From a virus: a stretch of 64,000 nt of DNA. The position numbers and the translations under genes were made by a program. A model generated the notes under the pieces. It saw only the letters and a program-made list of their open reading frames with translations. It had not been told where the DNA came from and searched no databases. Of this stretch, positions 55,834 through 64,000 are shown one piece after another (within the stretch, counting starts at the first letter, position 1; each line of letters opens with the position of its first letter). The stretch covers positions 64,001 through 128,000 of the IMG/VR virus record IMGVR_UViG_3300042544_003795. One strand, 5' to 3'.

Positions 55834-56972
55834 TAAGCTATAATCTCATTAACCTTTCTAAGAAGCCATTCGAAAACATTTCGATTGCTTTCTATATAAT
55901 CATAAAGAGAAGACATTCCTTGATGCTGTATTTGTATTTCTACCCCATCATCTTTAGCCATTGAAACAATACTTTCAGAAAAAGAATACCAAGCTCCTTT
56001 TTTGGTAACGAGTTCAAAGGATATAATCATATCCACTACTTCTTTCTCAACCCAAATAGCACAACCACTTCTTCCCTTTTTAATAGGGATTTTTACTTTA
56101 GATCCGGTTACATCTGTAGATGACTTTTTGATTTCAATAGTAGCATAAACTCCAAGAACTTTATTCTTTACAGGATCTGGTTTCTCATTAGGTTTTTCAA
56201 GAATGTAATCTCCACCATAACGAGGCTGATAGGAAAGGGTAATATCACTTTGGTGATTGATTGCTGATCCTCCTGCCCCATCACTTTGCCTTGGAGGAGT
56301 CTTACTATAAGGATCGAGTTTGATCTCAGCTGTGTACTGACTTGTAATCAAAAACAAAGCATCAAAGTGAACTACCTTCAAAGCCAATCTTTTAAATAAA
56401 ATTTTTGTAAGAAGAGGAACCCCAGCTACTTTAACATTCTCATCTCCATTCCATAGATTCTTCTCTTTATCTGATTTAAGGATCACACCATCTAGAGAGT
56501 CAAGAATAATACATAGTTTCTCTCCTGCCTCATGCATTTTAGGTAGAATGCTTTCAATTAAAGATGCTATAGTTTCAAAAACATTACAACTAAAAACAAA
56601 AACAGTACCGTATTCCCAATTACTTGGATCAGTAACAAATTTCATTCCTGTTCTTTTCTGCATTTCAGGGGTTAAGCGAGCTTCAGCTTTAATAAAAATG
56701 GTTTTAGATTTTTCAATCTTATCCATATAATTTTGAGAGAAAACAAAACATTGTGAAGTTTTACCTAACTCACTCCCCTTACCACAAACTCTGACAAAGG
56801 AGCCAGAGCGCACCTTAATTAAGGTATCTAGGCCTAAAGATCCAGAAGAAATCGTTACCTCCTCAGGTTGAAGGTAATTAAAATGATTTTCCTCATTGTT
56901 CTTCAAAAATGAATTAAGCATATCTTTTGAATCTGCTTCATTTGAGGAGTCTTCTTTCTTTTTAGATGCCAT
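55833..56972 (-). CDS. RecA/UvsX-like recombinase
   Basis: SSGSL.LD, G.....GKTS, AE, ILDS, SQ, GG.A..H, K.GAWYS. Confidence 0.85.
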   Translation of the reverse strand: MASKKKEDSSNEADSKDMLNSFLKNNEENHFNYLQPEEVTISSGSLGLDTLIKVRSGSFVRVCGKGSELGKTSQCFVFSQNYMDKIEKSKTIFIKAEARLTPEMQKRTGMKFVTDPSNWEYGTVFVFSCNVFETIASLIESILPKMHEAGEKLCIILDSLDGVILKSDKEKNLWNGDENVKVAGVPLLTKILFKRLALKVVHFDALFLITSQYTAEIKLDPYSKTPPRQSDGAGGSAINHQSDITLSYQPRYGGDYILEKPNEKPDPVKNKVLGVYATIEIKKSSTDVTGSKVKIPIKKGRSGCAIWVEKEVVDMIISFELVTKKGAWYSFSESIVSMAKDDGVEIQIQHQGMSSLYDYIESNRNVFEWLLRKVNEIIA

Positions 56973-56987
56973 ATTATTATAATTTTT

Positions 56988-57179
56988 CTATTCTACTTGC
57001 TCTAATCCCTGAGTTTTCGAAGAATACAACTCGCAAGAGTTACAAACTTCATCTGTTAGACCGTGGATTCCACGTTCTAAACAATAATAACCAACAGATC
57101 TTTTGGATGAGCAGCATGAAGGGCCATACTCTGCAACTGTATCTGATCTGAATTTACATGTTTCCATTTTATTTTCCAT
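56988..57179 (-). CDS. Small Cys-rich protein
   Basis: 6 Cys in 63 aa. Confidence 0.6.
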   Translation of the reverse strand: MENKMETCKFRSDTVAEYGPSCCSSKRSVGYYCLERGIHGLTDEVCNSCELYSSKTQGLEQVE

Positions 57180-57198
57180 AGATAAAAGAATACACTTT

Positions 57199-57233
57199 AA
57201 AAAATAATCCCGCGCCTAATTAAAGGCGCGGGA
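57199..57233 (-). terminator. Intrinsic terminator
   Basis: TCCCGCGCCT-TTAATT-AGGCGCGGGA then TTATTTTTT. Confidence 0.85.
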
Positions 57234-57247
57234 GAAACATCAATCTA

Positions 57248-57496
57248 CTAAACAATAGATGTTTTTGCAACTTTCAGAACTTCTCCATTATTAACATTTA
57301 TGAATGTAACATAATTATTAGAGATGCTCAAGATCTTTGCGCAGAACTTTTGTTGCCCTTTCTTTGATCGAGTATGAAGAGTTATAAATCGACCTCGATG
57401 ATTTGCGTAAGGATGGTCCGCAGGAGTTTGAGCTTCGATCTTTACTTTTTCAGTTTTTATTTTATTTTGCTTATTCATATAGAGATATTGTGTCAA
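57248..57496 (-). CDS. Hypothetical protein
   Basis: ORF before terminator; true start may be the second Met (MNKQ). Confidence 0.65.
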   Translation of the reverse strand: MTQYLYMNKQNKIKTEKVKIEAQTPADHPYANHRGRFITLHTRSKKGQQKFCAKILSISNNYVTFINVNNGEVLKVAKTSIV

Positions 57497-57628
57497 ACAA
57501 ACATATTTTTGTATGCTTTATAATTAAAGCTTTTAGTCTATCTGACTGCTCTTTTGTTAAGAGCTCTTCTTTAGTGTAATCTATTATAGATTGCAATGCA
57601 ATTTCATTTGCGATTGCTTTCACATCTG

Positions 57629-57656
57629 ACTCTAGCACATTCATATTATTTGTCAA
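57629..57656 (-). promoter_or_regulatory. Probable sigma70-type promoter
   Basis: TTGACA-N16-TAGAGT just after thyX. Confidence 0.55.
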
Positions 57657-57665
57657 TTAAAATTT

Positions 57666-58301
57666 TTAAAGATTGAAAGATTTTAGAGAAAATTCAAAGG
57701 GATTACCTTCGATACTCTTTACTAAGTTTAACATTTTAAGAGCTATGATTCGAGTTTCTTCTTGAGTGTCAGGCTTTAGTCTTAAATTCCAAAAATTAAG
57801 AAAAGAAAGTAACGATCCTGTCCAGATAAATTGAGTTTCTAGACACAAAGGTAAAATTGCTCTAGCTTGTTCCTTAGCAACTCCGGCCTCACAAAGTTCC
57901 TTATAAAGTAAAGAGGATTGCTTGACAAAGTTAGAAATTTTTTCTAATAATTCTGGGTTATCAATTTCACCTTCACTGCCCTGTTTAGATGACTTAGACT
58001 GTTTTCTCAGTTTCTCTATTGTAAAATAATTATCACTGAAATCAACATATCTACCACTTATACTATTTGCAGACATTCCAACCTGATGTTTGAAAAGCTG
58101 TCTCTCTACAAAAATAGGACACTCTATTCTAAATTGTAATTGAGGATGTCTGAAAGGAGCGACATGTTTATGTTCAACAAGAAAATTTATTAGTTTTCCA
58201 TCTTTTTCATCAAAGACATTTTTATATTTTCCATAGCTAACTCTAGCAGCATTGGCGATCATTAGGTCGTTTCCAAAATAATTTAATAATTCAGCTTTCA
58301 T
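57666..58301 (-). CDS. thyX: Flavin-dependent thymidylate synthase
   Basis: AARVSY, H.APF.H, RQLFKH, S.RY, EQAR..LP, LR....TQ.E. Confidence 0.93.
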   Translation of the reverse strand: MKAELLNYFGNDLMIANAARVSYGKYKNVFDEKDGKLINFLVEHKHVAPFRHPQLQFRIECPIFVERQLFKHQVGMSANSISGRYVDFSDNYFTIEKLRKQSKSSKQGSEGEIDNPELLEKISNFVKQSSLLYKELCEAGVAKEQARAILPLCLETQFIWTGSLLSFLNFWNLRLKPDTQEETRIIALKMLNLVKSIEGNPFEFSLKSFNL

Positions 58302-58728
58302 TTTGTAAATTTATTTTTTTTCTGTTTTCTATATGAGATAAGATTATATCTTCTTTTGATTTTCCAAAATATTCGACTCCATGGAAGTTTTTAATTATTT
58401 CTACATTAAGACATTTGTTTGCAGAGGTATCAAAAACATAAGCTAATATCCTACCAAATTTTTCTTTACCTTCTAATGACACATTATGTATATGAGTCTT
58501 AATCACAACTTCATTTTTATTATTTTTAAAAAATGTTTCTGCAAATTTTTTACTTAACTCTCCGAACTTCTTTTCTTCGGAATCTTTAGTTTTTATCTCA
58601 GGGGTATCTACCCCCATTAATCTTATAAATTTCTCCTTTAAGGAAAAACCGAATCCAAGATCAATGTCAGCTAAAAAAGTATCTCCATCATAGACTCTTA
58701 AGACTTTAGCTTTATATTCGTAAGGCAT
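58291..58728 (-). CDS. Thermonuclease (SNase-like)
   Basis: RVYDGDT, DLGF, IRL.GVDTPE, KFGRILA. Confidence 0.9.
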   Translation of the reverse strand: MPYEYKAKVLRVYDGDTFLADIDLGFGFSLKEKFIRLMGVDTPEIKTKDSEEKKFGELSKKFAETFFKNNKNEVVIKTHIHNVSLEGKEKFGRILAYVFDTSANKCLNVEIIKNFHGVEYFGKSKEDIILSHIENRKKINLQNES

Positions 58729-59184
58729 TTAATTATTTTTTTTTATTTGACTTTCTAAAATAGGAGAAAGATTAGCAGGACTGTAATTTGGACCCTTTTG
58801 CCATTTACCATCCTCTCTACGAAATCCATTTGTAATTTTGGAATCATTAGATCTGCACACTTCATTCTCAAATGGCTCAATGTCAAGTCCATAAGAACAT
58901 GCCGCTCCTATAGAAACATAGTTAATATCGGCTAGAGCATCAGCCACTTCTATTAAATTGACTTCTCCTTCTATATCGTAATTAAAATCATCAATACTTA
59001 TAGATTCTTCTTTATCTGACAAAGAAACTTTAACACCGCTTGCTTCAGCTAGTTCCAAAACTTCTTCTAAAAGAAGACTTATCCTTAGAACTCTAGTTAA
59101 ATTGTCAGGTATAGAAGGAGAATCTGGGCAGTTTTGCCCAATAGCTTTCATAAAATTTAATACGCTTTTTTGGAAATTCGTCAT
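58729..59184 (-). CDS. MazG-like nucleotide pyrophosphohydrolase (PRA-PH family)
   Basis: LLEEV.EL, EVADALADI.YV, V.RSN.SK, REDGK..K..NY..ANL. Confidence 0.88.
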   Translation of the reverse strand: MTNFQKSVLNFMKAIGQNCPDSPSIPDNLTRVLRISLLLEEVLELAEASGVKVSLSDKEESISIDDFNYDIEGEVNLIEVADALADINYVSIGAACSYGLDIEPFENEVCRSNDSKITNGFRREDGKWQKGPNYSPANLSPILESQIKKNN

Positions 59185-59194
59185 AACAACGAAA

Positions 59195-59222
59195 ATACTA
59201 TAACATATTTTAAAAAAGTCAA
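59195..59222 (-). promoter_or_regulatory. sigma70-type promoter
   Basis: TTGACT-N16-TAGTAT, 10 nt before ATG 59184. Confidence 0.65.
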
Positions 59223-60391
59223 GCTTTTTCTACTGATAGCTTTTCGATGTCAGACTTTAACATTTTATTCACAAGCTGATCAAAGTTACATTTTGGAAAC
59301 CAACCCAAATCTTTTCTAGCTAATGAGCTGTCTCCTAATAAAGTTTCTACTTCAGCTGGTCTATAAAACTTTTTATTGATAATTACTAAAGTTTTTTTAA
59401 TGCCATTTATACAAGCTACTAATTTTTCATCTTCAGGATTATTTGTTTCATTTTCCCATGAGCAATCTAATTTAATATAATTGAAAGATTTTTCTACAAA
59501 CTCTCTAATAGAATGTGTTTCATTAGAAGAGAAAACATATTCATTGGGAATACCTGAATAATCTTTATTATAAATATCTTGATTTAACATTCTCCATACC
59601 CCATCCATGAAATCTTCAGCATCGCTCCAGTCTCTTTTGGCATCTATATTTCCTAATTCTAAAGGAGAAAAGTCTAAAGAGTTATCTATACAATATTTTA
59701 TAGAAGAAACTTTTTTAGATATTTTTCTAGTGACAAATTCTTCACCTCTTCTCGTTCCTTCATGATTAAATAGCCAGCCTTGAATAGCATAAAGATTATA
59801 AGATTCTCTATAAACTTTTACAAGCTGTCTAGAAGCTGCCTTACTTGCTCCGTAAGGACTTCTAGGGCGTAAGGGATGAACCTCATCTTGAGGAAAATAT
59901 AAAACATTACCGAATTCTTCAGAAGATCCAGCTTGATATAAACGACAAGTAGGTTTATATAATCTGATAGCTTCCAATATATCAAGAACAGCTGTAGAAT
60001 TAGTCTGCCATGTTTGCCTAGCAAAATCCCAACTACTAGCAACAAAACTTTGAGCAGCAAAATTGATAAAATAATCAGGAAGTAGTTTTTCTACAATCCT
60101 AGAAATAGCATGAGGATCAGTCAAATCAAAATTAATGAGATGAAATCTATCTGATTTTACATGTTTAATATTTTCATGATTATAAACACTTAATCTTCTC
60201 ACTCCTCCAAAAATTAAAAAATCTGTATTGTCAAGTAAATAGTCAACCATATGACTTCCATCTTGACCAGTAACGCCTGTTATTATTACACAGGGCTTAC
60301 CATTGCGTATATTAACAGCTTCATCTATATTTAATATATTAGATGTGTCTATCTTTTTGCCATAATAAGTTTCTTGTAAATTCTCACTCAT
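59219..60391 (-). CDS. gmd: GDP-mannose 4,6-dehydratase
   Basis: ITGVTGQDGS, AAQS.V..S, PRSPYG.SK, LFNHE..RRG..FVTRKI, RDW, RPAEV..L.GD. Confidence 0.95.
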   Translation of the reverse strand: MSENLQETYYGKKIDTSNILNIDEAVNIRNGKPCVIITGVTGQDGSHMVDYLLDNTDFLIFGGVRRLSVYNHENIKHVKSDRFHLINFDLTDPHAISRIVEKLLPDYFINFAAQSFVASSWDFARQTWQTNSTAVLDILEAIRLYKPTCRLYQAGSSEEFGNVLYFPQDEVHPLRPRSPYGASKAASRQLVKVYRESYNLYAIQGWLFNHEGTRRGEEFVTRKISKKVSSIKYCIDNSLDFSPLELGNIDAKRDWSDAEDFMDGVWRMLNQDIYNKDYSGIPNEYVFSSNETHSIREFVEKSFNYIKLDCSWENETNNPEDEKLVACINGIKKTLVIINKKFYRPAEVETLLGDSSLARKDLGWFPKCNFDQLVNKMLKSDIEKLSVEKA

Positions 60392-60402
60392 TTTAATAAA
60401 TT

Positions 60403-62052
60403 TTAAGATTCGCAACTAGTACAGGTCATTAGATTCCTAGACAATTCCTGAGCAGGATTAGCTGATCTTTGGTAATACAATGTTTTAATTCCCATCTTCC
60501 AAGCTTCGATTAGTAAGTCACTTACTTCTTTCGGCTTTATATCTGGAGGAATCATAATATTCAAGCTCTGACTTTGATCAATAAATTTTTGTCTTTGAGC
60601 AGCTTGAATAATAATTTCTTTTTGACTGATTTCTCCAAAAGTTTTGAATACATCTTTTTCATCAGAAGAAAGAAAATCTAAATGTTGAACTGATCCACCT
60701 CTAATCAAAATGGATTTCCAAACTTCATCTGTATCATTCTTATACTTCTTTAGAACTTCTTTGAGGAATGGATTCTTGAAAGTGAAAGATCCCTTAGCGA
60801 GTTTCTTTACAAAGTAATTACTATTTAAAGGTTCTATACTCGGAGATACTTGCCCCAAAATGAATGATGAAGAAGTGGTAGGAGCAACAGCAATTGTTGT
60901 TACGTTTCTTCTCCCATAACCCTTGAGGAGTTCTGGCTCTCCGAATAAATCTGCGAGCTTTTTAGAAGCTTCATCTGCTCTCTTTCTGATAGTATCCCAT
61001 ATATGAGAATTAAGCATCTTAGCCTCTAAAGATTCAAAAGCAATCATTTGTGATTGTAGAAAAGAGTGCCATCCCAAAACTCCCATTCCTAAAGCTCTTT
61101 GATTTTTCGCAAATTCATGAGGAGCTTCCATAAATTTCATTCCTTGAGTTTTCTCAACAAACTCTTGATTTACAGTATCAAGGAAATAGATTAATGTCTC
61201 AATAGCATCAGTATTTCTAATCTCATCCCAATAAAGAAGATTCAAAGAAGATAAAACGCAAACAAAACTTTCATTACTGTTCGATTGAAGAGTTATTTCT
61301 GAACAAAGATTGCTTGAATTTATTTTGTATCCTTTATCTTTGTAAACTTGAGGAGCATTATTATTTACAGTATCAGTAAAGAAAATATATGGATACCCTG
61401 TTTCGAATCTTTTCTTTATAATCTTACCCCATATTCCTCTCTTATCTTTGTCCCCCTCTATCATCTTATTCATCCAGTCGTCTGTTATTGTTACACCAAT
61501 GCTCATATTCTGAATAGCATGACCTTCAGAACGAATCATAAGGAACTCTTCAATATCTGGATGTTCGACGGGAAGATAGGCTGCAAAGCTACCTCTACGA
61601 GCCGATCCCTGACTAACTACATCTGAAACTTTATCAAAAAGCTCCATAAAATGTGCAGCTCCACTGGATTCTCCCCCAGAACTTATTTTAGAACCTCTTT
61701 TGCGAAGGTCTCCAAAATAACCTGAAGTACCTCCTCCCATTTTAGACATGATACCTACTTCGCCGACCTTCCAAAGAATATCGGTCATTGTATCATCCAT
61801 ATGGGAATTGAAACAAGAAACAGGAAGACCTCTCTTATTCCCATAGTTAATCCACACTGGTGTACTTAAACTATAATATCCAAGAGAAGTGTACTTTTCA
61901 AACTTATCAGCAAACCCTTCAATGCCTAGAATATTCTCTGCATTTTTAGCTATTTCTTTTACCCTCTCCTCTGGAGATACACCTTCTTCTAAATAGCCTC
62001 TCTCTAAAAAGAGACGGCTGTGGCTATTTAGCCATTTATAAGCTTTTTCCAT
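60403..62052 (-). CDS. nrdA: Ribonucleotide reductase class I alpha subunit (short form)
   Basis: SC, GGGT, RRG..A.YL, SNLCSEI, LG.G.LG, APT.SSS, DQSQS.N, C-terminal CTSCE. Confidence 0.95.
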   Translation of the reverse strand: MEKAYKWLNSHSRLFLERGYLEEGVSPEERVKEIAKNAENILGIEGFADKFEKYTSLGYYSLSTPVWINYGNKRGLPVSCFNSHMDDTMTDILWKVGEVGIMSKMGGGTSGYFGDLRKRGSKISSGGESSGAAHFMELFDKVSDVVSQGSARRGSFAAYLPVEHPDIEEFLMIRSEGHAIQNMSIGVTITDDWMNKMIEGDKDKRGIWGKIIKKRFETGYPYIFFTDTVNNNAPQVYKDKGYKINSSNLCSEITLQSNSNESFVCVLSSLNLLYWDEIRNTDAIETLIYFLDTVNQEFVEKTQGMKFMEAPHEFAKNQRALGMGVLGWHSFLQSQMIAFESLEAKMLNSHIWDTIRKRADEASKKLADLFGEPELLKGYGRRNVTTIAVAPTTSSSFILGQVSPSIEPLNSNYFVKKLAKGSFTFKNPFLKEVLKKYKNDTDEVWKSILIRGGSVQHLDFLSSDEKDVFKTFGEISQKEIIIQAAQRQKFIDQSQSLNIMIPPDIKPKEVSDLLIEAWKMGIKTLYYQRSANPAQELSRNLMTCTSCES

Positions 62053-62062
62053 AATCTAAAAC

Positions 62063-62090
62063 AGTATATGTACTACAATTAAAAAGTCAA
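62063..62090 (-). promoter_or_regulatory. sigma70-type promoter
   Basis: TTGACT-N16-TATACT, 10 nt before nrdA ATG. Confidence 0.78.
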
Positions 62091-62102
62091 GGTGTATCTG
62101 TA

Positions 62103-63074
62103 TTAAAACAAATCTTCTTCTCCAAAACTTTTATTTGATCTTGCGTACTCAGTCGGACGAGAATGAAAAAAATCAGTCATATTATTTCCATGCAGCTGCT
62201 CATCAAACCAATCTGTTTTAGAAATTAAATCTTGATCAACCTCGAATATCTTTTTATATCCGATACTAACCAATGATTCATTCATTCGATTTTTAATAAA
62301 ATTCTTCAAAAGAGGAGAATTTAATTTTTCCGATTCGAGTCCATTTAAAATCCAGTCAATAATTTCACATTCATATTTAACAGCTTGCTCAGATTCGTAA
62401 ATTACTTTTGCTTCAAGCTCTTCGTCAAAAAACTCTGGATATTCAGAACGAATAGTATTGATTATTTTAATTCCAACTATAGCATGGAGATTTTCTTCTC
62501 TAGAAGTATACTCTACTTGCTTGTTCGTATCCTTAAGGAGATTCTTGTAACGACCAAACCAATTGATAATGTAAAATTGAGAAAACAATGCAATATTTTC
62601 AACAAATAAAGTGAAAAGAATTATAGAATATACGAACTGTTTTTTATTATCAGAATGAAACTTATGAAGATGTTTCCGAAGATAATTAACTCTACCTTTT
62701 ACAATATCCAATTTTAAAGCATCATCAAAAGCAGTTTCCAACCCTAGAACTTCTAAGAGTCTTTCATATGCGTCCCCGTGTATAACCTCTGTATTCGCCA
62801 TAACGAAGCCTAGATCGCTCATGGAAGGGTGAGGTAGGTTATCACCCAACTTAGACCAAAACTTTTTTACAGAAATTTCTAGCTGGCCAATCGTAGTTAA
62901 AGCTTTTACAATTATTTCTTTTTCCTTCTCAGAAAGCTTAACTTTAAAATCTTGTAAGTCACTTTGGAAATTGAATTCTTTATTAGTCCAAAATCCATCA
63001 TGCATTGCCGAAATAAATTCTTGGCTCCAAGGATAGTGATCTGGCTTCCTTGAGATTTGTTCTTCGAAAATCAT
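62103..63074 (-). CDS. nrdB: Ribonucleotide reductase class I beta subunit
   Basis: FW...E, E.IH..AY, EN..LFSQF, EE.LH, DFF..RP.EY. Confidence 0.95.
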   Translation of the reverse strand: MIFEEQISRKPDHYPWSQEFISAMHDGFWTNKEFNFQSDLQDFKVKLSEKEKEIIVKALTTIGQLEISVKKFWSKLGDNLPHPSMSDLGFVMANTEVIHGDAYERLLEVLGLETAFDDALKLDIVKGRVNYLRKHLHKFHSDNKKQFVYSIILFTLFVENIALFSQFYIINWFGRYKNLLKDTNKQVEYTSREENLHAIVGIKIINTIRSEYPEFFDEELEAKVIYESEQAVKYECEIIDWILNGLESEKLNSPLLKNFIKNRMNESLVSIGYKKIFEVDQDLISKTDWFDEQLHGNNMTDFFHSRPTEYARSNKSFGEEDLF

Positions 63075-63076
63075 AA

Positions 63077-63415
63077 TTAATTCTTTTTTATTTCTGAGGG
63101 ATGAGCGACATTATACTTCTTTTTGTACTTTGCAACTTCTTTTTCAAGAATAGGGTCTTTACCTAGTTTATCTTTCCTCATATGGGAAAGTTCTTGAGCT
63201 CTATCCTGCAAATCTCCAATAGTTCCTTTTTTATTTGTTTTATTTAAAAAGTCCCTAGAGGAAAAAGGATCAATTTTAGTATCTATACTCGTGTGAGGAA
63301 TAGTCCAAACTCTATTCCATTGAACACCATTCTGTGCATATACGTGTTCATCATTCATACCTTGAACGACTTCGATTCTCTCTTCGGAATCTGGATTTTC
63401 ATAAATATATATCAT
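63077..63415 (-). CDS. FmdB-like phage protein lacking Zn-binding cysteines
   Basis: IY.YE.P...E..EV.Q.M...H......W.RV. Confidence 0.55.
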   Translation of the reverse strand: MIYIYENPDSEERIEVVQGMNDEHVYAQNGVQWNRVWTIPHTSIDTKIDPFSSRDFLNKTNKKGTIGDLQDRAQELSHMRKDKLGKDPILEKEVAKYKKKYNVAHPSEIKKN

Positions 63416-63436
63416 AGGAATTGTATTTACACTTTT

Positions 63437-64000
63437 CTAAATATTTACAGAAATTTCTGGAGTTAATTTTAAAGAAAAAATTGGCAATCCTATATGGCTA
63501 GTAATACCTAAATCCAAAGCTTCTTTAGCATTTAAATACCAATCTAAATCTTTTCTTTTATTTAATTCTTTTTTAAGCCATTCTTTATTTTTAGGGCCTT
63601 TTAAATGAGAAGAGATTACTTTAAGTATTTCTTCCTCCTCTTTCATTAAAGCATTAAAAAATTCTTTTTGCTCACTAGCTCTTCCATCTGGGATAGAAGA
63701 AACCTGAATACCATGCAGCATTAAACCTGCATATTCTCCCATGAAACGAAAACCTTCATCCCCGAAACAGAAGACAAAAGCTCCAGCAGAGGAAGCTTCA
63801 CCAGCCGTCATTGTAGCAATCTTTAAACCTTTTTTCCTAGCAGAATAAAGGATAGAAAGAATAGCTTTTAAAGATGAGATATCTCCTCCGGGAGACTCAA
63901 TATGGATAGGAAAAAGTATTTGCTCCAGTTCTATGGCTTCATTGATTCTATTACTTAAAGCTTTTACAGTTGTTGAAGAAAATTCTGTTAAGTAAAAACT
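63437..64000 (-). CDS. ClpP-like serine protease (5'-truncated by window edge)
   Basis: Frame open to 64000: IHIESPGG, GEASSAG (Ser), LMLH (His), DWYL.A.EA..LG (Asp). Confidence 0.85.
   Translation of the reverse strand, partial: SFYLTEFSSTTVKALSNRINEAIELEQILFPIHIESPGGDISSLKAILSILYSARKKGLKIATMTAGEASSAGAFVFCFGDEGFRFMGEYAGLMLHGIQVSSIPDGRASEQKEFFNALMKEEEEILKVISSHLKGPKNKEWLKKELNKRKDLDWYLNAKEALDLGITSHIGLPIFSLKLTPEISVNI

Noticed and set aside
57471-57656. 61-aa ORF starting at TTG 57656
   Set aside because: The TTG is the -35 box of a probable promoter; a shorter ORF may exist but its start is unclear
3750-62609. Remaining plus-strand ORFs in the track and the nested 59818-60060 ORF
   Set aside because: Antisense to or nested within well-supported minus-strand genes, with no motifs
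1-64000. Stop-codon reassignment
   Set aside because: Long conserved genes (dnaE, nrdA, dnaB) are intact in code 11, all three stops terminate genes, and no suppressor tRNA is present

Overview
AT-rich segment of a large tailed-phage genome. Essentially every real gene is on the minus strand, and ORFs read normally in code 11. In transcription order (right to left): a ClpP-like protease; nucleotide metabolism (NrdB, NrdA, Gmd, MazG-like, nuclease, ThyX); replication/recombination (RecA-like, DnaB, primase, Cas4/AddB-like nuclease, split DnaE plus epsilon-like exonuclease, SSB-like, small sigma-like protein, dCMP deaminase, RNA ligase); a ~24-kb glycan island; and a ~13.6-kb accessory region. 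The accessory region holds the most unusual features: (i) a DUF6745-like protein and its usual partner gene surrounded by ten translationally coupled, divergent Ser-periodic mini-protein paralogs; (ii) a tmRNA with a 34-codon tag ending MASV; (iii) three tRNAs, then a DUF6948-like gene, a terminator and at least eight tandem 'conserved leader + variable Gly-X repeat' mini-proteins running off the window. Nine promoters share TTGAC-N16-TAnnnT, several apparently giving leaderless mRNAs. Family names come from motif recognition by eye and need HMM confirmation.
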